A stretch of 64,000 bases of DNA, from NCBI RefSeq assembly GCF_000143415.4, contig NW_003314289.1, forward strand, positions 566,292 through 630,291, written 5' to 3'. Origin of the DNA: Selaginella moellendorffii (Eukaryota > Plantae > Lycopodiophyta). Positions 49,006 to 59,749 of this stretch are shown piece by piece (the first letter of the stretch is position 1; every line of letters begins with the position of its first letter). The notes under the pieces are model-generated. The model did not search any database, was not told the DNA's origin, and saw nothing but the letters and a program-made list of their open reading frames with translations. The position numbers and the translations under genes are program-made.

Positions 49006-51543
49006 CATAGTTACGAACACGAACACGGAACACGAACACGAGCCTCAGATTTCAGGAACCCGAACATGGAACACGATCACAGCCCACGATGGCTCACAAA
49101 TATTCTACTGAGTATTCTAAGAATATGTTATTTAAAATTTATATTCTATTTCTTATTATATTATTATAGGAATATGCTATATTTTATTATATTATTCTTA
49201 ATATTTTTATTTGCACATAAACTACTTCACACTTTTAAACTACTCAAATATCCTGCATCTCATCGTCATCTTCAACCTCATGATCTTCGACCTCATGATC
49301 TTCGACATCATCTCCATCTTCCTCTTCCTGTCCTGACTCAAGCTCGTCTTCAGGATGAGGAACTGTCTCCAGGACTTTGTAGCTTACAAACTTGTCGTAA
49401 TCACGATCATTTTTGCAGGTTAACAACCTGGTGTTGCAAGCCACAAAAACCAGACCCGCTGTCCTGTCCATGGTAAGTCTGTTCCTCTTTTTTGAAGAAA
49501 CATGCTCGAAAGTACTGAACAATCTCTCCACCGAGGACGACAAGCATGCCTGACTTAGAACTCGAATGGCCAACTTCTGAAGAGCTGGAGTTTCATAACC
49601 ATAGTCCTCCCACCAATGTACAGCTCCCCTCTTAGTGCGATCAGCCTTAGCATCATATGAGTTGAAAATGCCTCCTATCCTCCGGTAAGTTAAAAGCTCA
49701 TCACGTATCACATCCCTCTCACTGGATGTAAACATGGCCAGCAGATAAGCATTCCAGTCCTTCATGACCTCTCTGTTAGCATGCTTTTCATACTCCTGAA
49801 ACTCGGGGTCCAACATGTATGCCATCGAGTGCATGAGCGAGTGATACTCATGCCACCTATTAGACATGATCTGATGAAGTTCCCTGTACCTGCCATAATC
49901 CGACTGTCCTTCCTCTAAACTTGCATCCAACCTGTTCATGCACTCATATATCTTTCCAATCGCAGGTATATCACCGTCCACAACACGAAGAAGCAGCATA
50001 ACATCCTTGGACACCTCTAGCATGTCCTTAACCTGTTGCCAGAAACTGTCATCAAAAACCGTTGCATAACTATCCCTTCCTGCTCTCGACTTCGACTCAG
50101 GCCTTGCTCTGTACGCAGGGCATACGAACATCTGTTGTAAAGCTTCTCGGAGCTCCACCAGCCTCTCCATCATAATGAAGTTGTAGCCGAACCTGGTATC
50201 ACAATAACGCAGCAATCGCTTGTGAGTAAACTCCGCCAGCAGTGCCACTATATGAGAGTGGTTTCTAACGAAGATCACCAAAGACTTTCCACGCTCCAGA
50301 AGTGTTGCCATCCATGGAAGTACACCGAAGTCTTTCAAGGCATTGTTCAAGCAATGGGCAAAACATGCTGCCCATTGAATTTTCGGGTACCTCTGTTGCA
50401 AAAGTGCTGCTGCTGCTCTGTTTGCATTTTCCCCATCGGTCACAACCATGACAACGTTCTCTGCACCTACAATGTTAATGCCTTCTTCCCAGCAGCGTAG
50501 AGTATTTTCAGCTGTTTTTCCTGTTAAGGAAATGTCAATAGCCTTCAAAAAAGCTCCTCGTCCTTGACTATATGCCACAAGCCCCATGATATGCCGATTC
50601 CTCCTATCTGCCCACCCGTCTGCACATATGGTTGCACCCCTCTGCTCCCACTGCTTCCTCAAGGACGCCATCTCAATGTCAATGAATCGTTTCTCTTTCA
50701 CCAAAAGCTTATCCCGGAGATCATCATATTTTGGTGGTGCATAAGGCACACCATGCCTGGCAACTTCCTGTATCATGTTGAGGAAGTAAGGTGACCGAGC
50801 CTTGACAAATGGAATGTGTTCATTCCAGAAAAATCTTCCGATAGCCACATCAACTTGGTTCTTCCGCTCAGGATCCATCGAATCAACAATATGGACTTGA
50901 CTCTGTTTGCTAAAAAACAGGGAACTGCAGCCACTTCCACTTGACTGGGATGATACCACCGGTGGAAATCCTTGGACATTGCCATCCATTCTCATAGAAG
51001 CACCACCAGATTCATTCGGCTGTTTCTTCCCCCTTGCCCCTTTCTCGGAATCAATAACCTTTTGCATATTGAGCAGATCCGCTTTCTTGTTACCTGGGAT
51101 GAGAGGACAACTCACAATATCCTTGCTGCCTGGGCCTTCTCCTAACAGATGAGCTCGCACACAATCAACACCACTCAGTTTGTTCACCATTGGGTAGTAT
51201 TTGCATGACCATAATTTGTGGCCATGCCCCTTGCTCTCAAGAACACTTACCTCATCCCACCATCGCGAAGAAGGATGCTTTCACAGTATGCTGGATTGCT
51301 GCGCCATGCTTGTTTGCCTTGGATTGCTACTGCTATGCCCTGAAATGGTGCGCCCTGGCTGGATTGTCGTGTGATGCCATGCGCCCTAAAACCAGAATAT
51401 TCCGCGCGAGAATATTCTGAACAGTGGTCCGTGTTACTAACACGGACCACTGTTCACGAACACGGCCGTGGGAACACGACCCATGGCCGTGTTCGTGAAA
51501 CACGGTGAACACGGCTGGGATCCCGGTCGTGTTCGTAACACGG
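49006..51543 (-). mobile_element. hAT DNA transposon, 2,538 bp
   Basis: 8-bp TSD GTTGAGGT (48998-49005, 51544-51551); TIRs CATAGTTACGAACACG / CCGTGTTACGAACACG; subterminal AACACG repeats. Confidence 0.95.
49244..51190 (-). CDS. hAT transposase (DUF659 + C-terminal dimerisation domain)
   Basis: TICADGWAD, VVTDGENAN, WAACFAHCLN, TRFGYNFIMMERL, WWEDYG..LQKLAIRVLSQ..SSSVERLFS..KKRNRL. Confidence 0.92.
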   Translation of the reverse strand: MVNKLSGVDCVRAHLLGEGPGSKDIVSCPLIPGNKKADLLNMQKVIDSEKGARGKKQPNESGGASMRMDGNVQGFPPVVSSQSSGSGCSSLFFSKQSQVHIVDSMDPERKNQVDVAIGRFFWNEHIPFVKARSPYFLNMIQEVARHGVPYAPPKYDDLRDKLLVKEKRFIDIEMASLRKQWEQRGATICADGWADRRNRHIMGLVAYSQGRGAFLKAIDISLTGKTAENTLRCWEEGINIVGAENVVMVVTDGENANRAAAALLQQRYPKIQWAACFAHCLNNALKDFGVLPWMATLLERGKSLVIFVRNHSHIVALLAEFTHKRLLRYCDTRFGYNFIMMERLVELREALQQMFVCPAYRARPESKSRAGRDSYATVFDDSFWQQVKDMLEVSKDVMLLLRVVDGDIPAIGKIYECMNRLDASLEEGQSDYGRYRELHQIMSNRWHEYHSLMHSMAYMLDPEFQEYEKHANREVMKDWNAYLLAMFTSSERDVIRDELLTYRRIGGIFNSYDAKADRTKRGAVHWWEDYGYETPALQKLAIRVLSQACLSSSVERLFSTFEHVSSKKRNRLTMDRTAGLVFVACNTRLLTCKNDRDYDKFVSYKVLETVPHPEDELESGQEEEDGDDVEDHEVEDHEVEDDDEMQDI

Positions 51544-52364
51544 GTTGAGGTTGAATCATCCTCATTTTAACTTCTTCATGGAAATAGAATTTTCAATTTA
51601 TTATATTCCAGGACAAAATTGATGGTGGGGAGCTTCCTTAAGTTGAAGATTGCTACACCCAATTTATAGAAGAACCTATTTTTTATTTAGTGGGAACCAA
51701 TAAACATATTGAGAGTTTAATTCTAAGATGCTCAATATGCCTTTTTGTCTTGGCTTAGGAATTCATTGTAGTAGTTTTCTTAAGCACTATTAAAATTGTT
51801 GTATAAATAGTGTTATCAATTAACATACAATTGTTTAAAAGAAGTTGAAGGACAAGATAAATGCTACATAGAGCTGGTAGCAAGTGAGAATGAAAATCTA
51901 CAATTATGATATTTAACACTAATACTATTATTGAAATTTGATATTGACATTTGATATATAACAGGCTTTTCATACAAGCTTTTCATTTCAAGGACACATT
52001 TAACTTTCTTCTATCCATATTTTTATATTTTATACTTAGGGTATTACCTTCATGTTGGACAAATATATAACTCGATGACGTGAATTTAATGTTTGGGTTT
52101 TATAAAGGCAAGTTGAAGAGTGATTGTTAGTTGCTTTGCAACTAATGATTGCTAGTAAATTTCATCTAGAACTGTTGACACTTACTTTGCTCGATGATAA
52201 TTTAGTAGTGATAAACTTGCTTTACCAAATGGTTTTGCAAAAGATCATATTGTAGGCTTGTATGGTTTTTCCATATTGATATATCGATTCTATTTCTATC
52301 AATATCATTTGGTTGCATTTAGTCTATGGTATTAAATTATATTGAGTCTTGGATATGGTGAATC

Positions 52365-53510
52365 TGTAAACCACAAATTTTTCCTTTCCAATTTGCCAAC
52401 TTACCTCATCTATCCGACCAACACTGCCTCGGCTTGTGCTAAGTTCCCTCGCCAAGGTTCTCGCCTATGGTACCAGCTTCTACTTGGTCCTACTTGGTTT
52501 TAGCTACTCACTGCACGAGCAATGGAGTGTTAGCCATCCATCTACGGATTCCCAAATCTCTCCCAATCCCCCTCCCCGGGTTAGGCTGGACTTAAAGTTC
52601 GGCTACACTCCCCGCAGGCACAAGCAGCCAAGCACACCAAGCCTCTAGATTCCTAACACCCCTTGGTACCACAAGACTTGATCATGGGACCCTCTAAATC
52701 CCAAGCCTTAGGTGCAACACTTGCTTCGGGACGTCGGGGTGAAACACCGTGGCCTAACGGCCCGGTATGGGTACCTCTACCCCCCCACTTCCATCTCGAA
52801 GGGAAGGCCCAAGCCCCTAGGAAGGGCCAGGACCAATGAGCCACAAGGTACTCAAGTGGGGCACCACTCCACATTAGTCGGGAGCACCGCAGTCGGTTTC
52901 CCTTTCGGGAGTGGGAGCTGCTCTTGAGCACTTCCCTGGGTGGCCCCTCCGGCACCACTCAAGCCCATGCTCACTCCTATTCAAGGCCCTTGGGCCCCAG
53001 TTTCAATCTCAAGTCGGTTTGGAAGCCCCACTGGAGAGTTCCTTCAAGACTGGTTCCTGGACCTCACTATCCCTACTATACTTTGGGAACCCCCCCCCCC
53101 CCCCCCCCTCTGGGAGATGCACACTTTGGGCGTTTACCCCTTGAGCTATATTAGTATTTGGACTTAGTCTCAGAATCGATCTCGGACTCAATCTCGGACC
53201 CGTCTTTGGACTCGGTCTCGGATTCGATTTCGGACTCGATCTCGGACCCGATCTCGGACTCGACTTTGGACTCGATCTCGGACTCAGTCTCGGACCCAAT
53301 TTGGATCTCGGACTCTGTCTCGAACTCGGTCTCGAACTCGGTCTCCGATTCGGTCTCGGCCTCGATCCCGGACTCTATCTCGAACTTGTTCTCAGAGTCG
53401 GCCTTGGACTTGATCTTCGACTCGGTCCCATTTGATGAACTCTTTGTCATTTCGGTCATGCTTTCGAGGATCCTTTAGCCTACGACATCTCGGGGAGTCG
53501 GTTCCTTACA
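52365..53510 (-). repeat. 3' LTR (1,146 bp) with poly-C tract and 12-bp-period minisatellite
   Basis: Highly similar to 58598-59742. Confidence 0.95.
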
Positions 53511-54299
53511 ACTCCACCACCCATAGAAGAAGTTTGATGCTCACATCAAACGTCTCTTTTTTATCCTACGACTTGTTGACCATGTCGCCGGGGGCATCCC
53601 CCCACTTAGCGGTGTGCCTAAGTTAGCCTCCCCGGCCAAGAGCCCATGACAACGGAGTATAGGTGTCCCTACACTCCTCACCTCACCACGCCCTAGTATA
53701 GGGTCGGGACTTGAACCCAGCCTTGCTTTACTAGGGGGTTGGGACTTGAACCCAACCTCCGTAGAATACGTCTACAGATTCGACATCCCCACGGGGAGTT
53801 GGGCGTAGTGCCCTATGCCTGGTCGACCTAGCTAACCCATGCTAATTAGCTTACCTTCGGCGTGCCTTTGGGTCCCAACATATGCCATTGCTCAACTTCA
53901 CAAATTAATAGTTTAATTGAACTTTGCATATTACAAGTACATAGAGTTCTGCGTTGTAGAAATTCCTCCACTAGATCTCGCACGTTCGCTAGGTTCTCCT
54001 CCGGTTCCCACGTTGCTTCGCAGTGTGGAAATCCTTTCCACTTCACATGGAACTCTCTCACCTCGCGTGCTTGTCGCTTGCTCTTGCACGCATTGAGGAT
54101 GGCCTCGACTTCGTATTCCTTTTCCCCTTGGATAACCTCAGGTAAAGGTCTTACTTGGTCCTTGCAAAGTGGATCCTCAAAGTACAGCTTGAGTAAGTTC
54201 ACGTGGAACACTGGGTGCATCTTCCCCATCTTTCGAAGAAGTCAGAGTCGGTAAGCCACTTTACCGATTCATGCCTCAATCTCGTAAGGCCACGCGAAC

Positions 54300-54351
54300 C
54301 TGCTTAAGGAACTCAAGATCAATTTATTTATAGGAATACATGCATTTTTAC
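54300..54351 (-). other. 52-bp GT-AG intron-like insertion in integrase
   Basis: CAAAG|GTAAAA...TTAAGCAG|GTTCGCG; removal restores RKLTQRFA.PYEI. Confidence 0.75.
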
Positions 54352-54771
54352 CTTTGGGTCAACTTTCGGCTGATCCCACTTGGTGGCCTGAGGTTCTTGG
54401 TGTTCAGCCACACCTTCTCCCCAACTTGGAACTCTACATCCCGACGCTTCTGGTTCGCGTATTTGGTTTGCCTTTGTTGAGCCCGTTCCAAGGAATCCCT
54501 CACTAGATTAGAAATATGCTGAGTCTTTCCGCCATGAATGCCTCCACTGCAGGTAACTCTCCATGGTACTCGGCCATGCCGAGCTCCACAGGACCTTCAA
54601 TAGCTCGCCCATTGATGACTTCCCATGGACTCACCCTGATACTCGAATGTGGTGAGTTGTTATAACACATTTCCGCAAGTCCCAAATGACTTACCCAATC
54701 GGTCTGGTCTTCTGAGATATAGCATCGCAAATAATCCTCCAGCTGCCTATTCACCCTTTCCGTTTGTCCGT

Positions 54772-54818
54772 CTGTCAAGAAGTGTTAGTGCCAACCAACT
54801 TGACCTAATACCCCATAC
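54772..54818 (-). other. 47-bp GT-AG intron-like insertion in the integrase catalytic core
   Basis: GTATGG donor, CACTAAC branch-point motif, CTTCTTGACAG acceptor; removal restores HPQT(N)GQTERVN. Confidence 0.8.
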
Positions 54819-57800
54819 TTGTTTGTGGGTGATAGGCTGTGCTGAATTTCAACTTGGTGCGATACTGTTCCAGGAGAGTCCTCCAGAACCTACTAGTGAA
54901 GATCTTATCTCGGTCTGAGATGATCTCTTCTGGCCTTCCCCGCACTCGAACCACTTTTTTGAAGAACAGCTTTGCCACACCTTTCGCATCCACTTCCATT
55001 GTGGTGGGTATGAAATGTGCCATTTTCGAAAATCGGTCCACCACCACAAATATCGCATCAAACCCCTCGCTTGGGGGAAGTCCCGTGATGAAGTCCATCG
55101 TAGGACATTTCCACGGATGATCTGGAATTGGGATGCTTTGCAACAAGCCCCCANNNNNNNNNNNNNNNNNNNNNNNNNNNNNNNNNNNNNNNNNNNNNNN
55201 NNNNNNNNNNNNNNNNNNNNNNNNNNNNNNNNNNNNNNNNNNNNNNNNNNNNNNNNNNNNNATCGTCTTGGGCACCCTGCTGTGTCCCGCAAGAGGTCTG
55301 TCATGACACTCTTCTAAGGCTACCTTCCTTAGTTCCCCTTCTAGAACATACACCCTCGTTTTCTTGTAATAGATGAGTCTGTTGCGTTCTGCATAGCCTG
55401 TTTTCTCTTCCGTTGGCAGCTCACCTCTCTGGTGAGCTTCCCGTGCCTCTAGATTCCTCAGCAACCAAACTTGGCCAAGGCATTGGCCCACCGACCTTGT
55501 TTCCCTCTCAGGTCGGGCTGTGACAAGACGTGTTTCGTTGCCACATTGTCCGGGTAAACCTTGAAGTGTCTCCCAAGGTAGTGTCGCCACTCCTTGAGTG
55601 CCTTGACCACCACAAAAAATTCCTTCTCGTGGGCAGGCCACTTCTGTTGAGCCTTGTCCAACTTCTTCGAGAAGAACGCTACTGGATGGTTTTCTTGCTT
55701 CAAAACTGCGCCCAAGGCAAAGTCCAAAGCATCCGTTTCTACCTCAAAGTCCTTACCAAAGTCTGGTAATGCCAACACGGGAGCCTTCCTGAACTTCCCT
55801 TTGAGGTGGACGAATGCCGCTTCGCATTCTGCTGTCCATACCATCTTCCCTTTTCTTGTTTGGTCCGTTAAGGGCAGGGGTACTCTCGAATAGTGTTTGA
55901 TAAACTTTCGATAGTAGTTGCATAGCCCCAAGAACGCCCTCAACTTATGTACATTCGATGGTCGCTCCCATTCCTGGATCGCTTGGACCTTCTCCAGGTC
56001 CACCTTGAGCCTGTCCTGGCCCACCACATGCCCGACAAACTTTACCTCTTGTTGAGCAAAGTCACATTTGCTCTCTTTAGCATACAGTTTATGTTCCCTT
56101 AGTTTCTCAAACACCTTCGCTAAGTGTTCGGCATGCTCCTCTAGCGTCTCACTATAGATCAGGATGTCATCAATATAGACGACCACGAAGTGATCCAGAT
56201 AGGGTACAAAGATATGGTTCATTAATGCCGAAAACGTTGCCGGCGCATTGCACAGCCCAAAGGGCATCACCAGAAACTCAAAGCTCCCATACCTGGTTCG
56301 ACAGGTTGTCTTCTCGACATCTTCCTCTGCTACTCTGATCTGGTAGTATCCTAACCTCAGGTCAATCCTCGAGAAGTATTTTGCCTTTCCCAACCTATCG
56401 AACAGGTCCTCAATCCTGGGCAAAGGGTACTTGTTCTTCTTTGTATACTTGTTGAGCAACCGGTAGTCTATGCACATGTGCATAGATCCATCTTTCTTTT
56501 TCACAAATAACACCGGCGCCCCATACGGCGACTTGCTCAACTTAACATACCCTTTGTCCACCAGCTCCTCTAGTAGGCACTTGAGCTCCTCGAGTTCTTT
56601 CTCGTTCAAACGATAGGGGGGATGAACCACCGCCTCAACACCCTTGACCAGCTCAATCTTATGTTCTATCGGTCGTGCGGTGGGCAACCCCGCCGGTAAC
56701 TCCTCCGGCTTGGTATTCTGGAATTGGTCCAACACCCGTTGGATCACTAAAGGTACTTCTTCCGTTCCTGTCTTTTTGTCACTCTTCACCGACAGTAAGC
56801 ACAAAAATGCTGCCTTAGTTCCTTTAGTGAGTTGTCCTCTCGTGGACACCAGGTTTAAGTAGGATTCTTTGGCCTTGCTTTGCCCTACCTTTAGATCCTG
56901 GGTCTCCACCCTAGATCTTCTTCCTTGGGCATTCGCCAGTACCACAAGGTTTCTACCTTGTCCATGCAGGGCTACCACGAACCGATTGAACCAGTCCATT
57001 CCAAAGATCACGTCAAATCCCGCCATGTCCAATATGGTGAAATCCATGTCCACTTTCCATGTCCTTACTTCGACTCTCGCTTGTCGAAGTACCTCATTGG
57101 TGCTTTGGCTACCTTGAACAAACTCTATAGTCCTTGGTTCGCCTAGCCATTGCACCGTTAGTCCGGCTTGCCAGACTATGTCTGCAGCCACAAAATTATT
57201 TGAAGCACCCTTGTCAATAAGGATCTTAACAAAGCTACCTCCTAGCTTCCCTCGGAGGGCTAGCAGATGTCGCGAACGACTCTCTAACAAAGTTGCTCTT
57301 GTAATGAGTAACTTTGAGTTAGGGACTGGATCACATACCTTAGTTTGGATTTCACCCGACTTGATGGCCATATTGGCTCTAGCCTTCTTCGGGTAGGGAC
57401 ATTCCCTCAAAAAGTGTCCCGCTTCACCGCAGTTGTAGCATACGTTGTTTCCCATGCTACTATACAACTTGACCTTCTTATCCGTGGGTTTGTCTCTTTT
57501 CGCTTGACTCCCCCACGTACTCGCTCGCTGGCCACCGGATTTGCCTTTCCGGAACCCCGAGGACTCATTCTTAGAGAAACTCTTCTTGAATTTCCCTCTA
57601 CTAAACGTTCCCCTTGGTTTGGCCCCTTTGCTAAATGTGGATCCTGACCCCGTCATTTTCCCCTTTCGCAGGTTATCGTTGAAATGCACCTTGATGGCCG
57701 CATCCAACGCTTCCTTGTAGTTGGTCGGGTTCCACCGCATCACTTCACTGCGAGCCCAGGTTTGCAAACCTGATATAAAGGCATGGAACGCATCCATATC

Positions 57801-58597
57801 CCCCATGTCTGTGACAAGTATCCTCTTTGCCATAAACCCATTCACATACTCTTGAATGGTTCCGGTCTGCTTCAGCCTACTCAGCTCGTCCCTTAGATGT
57901 AGAGTAGCATTCGGAGGAACGTAAGTTGTGCGGATCCTCGCCTTCATCATTTCCCAAGTGGCCACCGGTCCTTCGTTGGCCTCTGTCATTCTCCACCAAG
58001 ACTTGGCATTATCTACCAAGTATGGTTTTGCACATGGAACCTTCTCCGAGCTCGATAATCGCAACGCTCGGAAGTAGTCCTCCATATCGTAAAACCAATC
58101 CTCCACCACCTTATAGTCATTCTCTCCCTTGAAGACCGGTGGGGGCTTTGGTTTGTACTTGGGAACTGCCTGAGGGACTGATTCCACTTCGGTTTGTTCG
58201 ACCTTGTCTGGTTTTGCCTCAGTCCCTGCCGAAGGGTCCACACCTTCTACACTGCTAGCATCCGCAGTCTTTTGCTTTTTCTTCCGCTTCTCGTCACGTT
58301 TTAGCTTGCGTACGAGAGTCTCTAGTAGGGCATTGGTCTATGCCAATTGTCCTTTTAGAATGTCCAATCGAGCCTTGGAAGACCGAACCTTGCCACCGGA
58401 CTCCTGTTTGGAAGTTTCCTCACTGGAGTCCTCCTCATGCAAAGATTCCTCATCCATAGCCTCTTGTTCGACCGGAGGCTCCAGCTCTGGCAGAGGTTCC
58501 GTCTCCACCTGGGTTCGCTTACGCCCTGCCTTTGCCATCTCCCAGCAATCCACCTCTATCCTTCGCTAGAACAGACAAAAAGGCTCCGATACCAAAT

Positions 58598-59742
58598 TGT
58601 AAACCACAAATTTTTCCTTTCCAATTTGCCAGCTTACCTCGTCTATCCGACCAACACTGCCTCGGCTTGTGCTAAGTTCCCTTGCCAAGGTTCTCGCCTA
58701 TGGTACCAGCTCCTACTTGGTCCTACTTGGTTTCAGCTACTCACTACACGAGCAATGGAGTGTTAGCCATCCATCTACGAATTCCCAAATCTCTCCTAAT
58801 CCCCCTCCCCGGGTTAGGCTGGACTTAAAGTTCGGCTACACTCCCCGCAGGCACAAGCAGCCAAGCACACCAAGCCTCTAGATTCCTAACACCCCTTGGT
58901 ACCACAAGATTTGATCATGGGACCCTCTAAATCCCAAGCCTTGGGTGCAGCACTTGCTTCGGGACGTCGGGGCGAAACACCGTGGCCTAACGGCCCGGTA
59001 TAGGTACCTCTACCCCCCCACCTCCATCCCGAAGGGAAGGCCCAAGCCCCTAGGAAGGGCCAAGACCAATGAGCCACAAGGTACTCAAGTGGGGCACCAC
59101 TCCACATGAGCCGGGAGCACCGTAGTCGGTTTCCCTTTCGAGAGTGGGAGCTGCTCTTGAGCACTTCCCTGGGTGGCCCCTCCGGCACCACTCAAGCCCA
59201 TGCTCACTCCCACCCAAGGCCCCTCGGCCCCAGTCTCAACCTCAAGTCGGTTTGGAAGCCCCACTGAAGAGTTCCTTCAAGACTGGTTCCTGGACCTCAC
59301 TATCCCTACTATACTTTTGGAACCCCCTGCAGCCCCCCCCCCCCCCCCCCCCCTGGGAGACGCATGGCTTTGGGCTTTCACCCCTTGAGCTGTATTAGTA
59401 TTTGGACTTAGTCTCAGAATCGATCTCAGACTTGATCTCGGACCTGTCTTCGGACTTGGTCTCAGACTCGATTTTGGACTCGATCTCGGACTCAACTTCG
59501 GACTCAACCTCGGACTCGGTCTCGGACCCGATTTGGATCTCGGACTCTGTCTCGAACTCGGTCTCGAACTCGGTCTCCGATTCGGTCTCGGACTCGATCC
59601 TGGACTCTATCTCGAACTCGGTCTCAGAGTCGGTCTTGGACTCGATCTTTGACTCGGTCCCATCCGATGAACTCTTTGTCATTTCGGTCATGCTTTCGAG
59701 GATCCTTTAGCCTATGACATCTAGGGGAGTCGGTTCCTTACA
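58598..59742 (-). repeat. 5' LTR (1,145 bp)
   Basis: Adjacent to the PBS; highly similar to 52365-53510. Confidence 0.95.
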
Positions 59743-59749
59743 GAATCAC

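Larger units (their letters stand above)
53846..58538 (-). pseudogene. gag-pol (Gag, CCHC, PR, RT, RNase H, integrase, chromodomain) with stops, frameshifts and two intron-like insertions
   Basis: [43 protein letters not shown]|DGQTE, YEVEAIL..FHVKWKGFPHCEATWEPEENL. Confidence 0.92.
52365..59742 (-). mobile_element. Full-length chromovirus (Ty3/gypsy) LTR retrotransposon
   Basis: TG..CA LTRs at 52365-53510 and 58598-59742; 5-bp TSD GAATC; PBS TGGTATCGGAGCC (tRNA-iMet) and PPT on the minus strand. Confidence 0.97.

Noticed and set aside
53009-53478. ORFs rich in SE/SD/SPR repeats (also 59277-59710)
   Set aside because: Translations of the LTR minisatellite, open in several frames on both strands
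53896-53940. Third intron in the chromovirus (45 bp, GT..AG, AT-rich)
   Set aside because: Weak splice signals (GTACTT, GAAG), in frame, and no conserved motif to show restoration; left as unsupported
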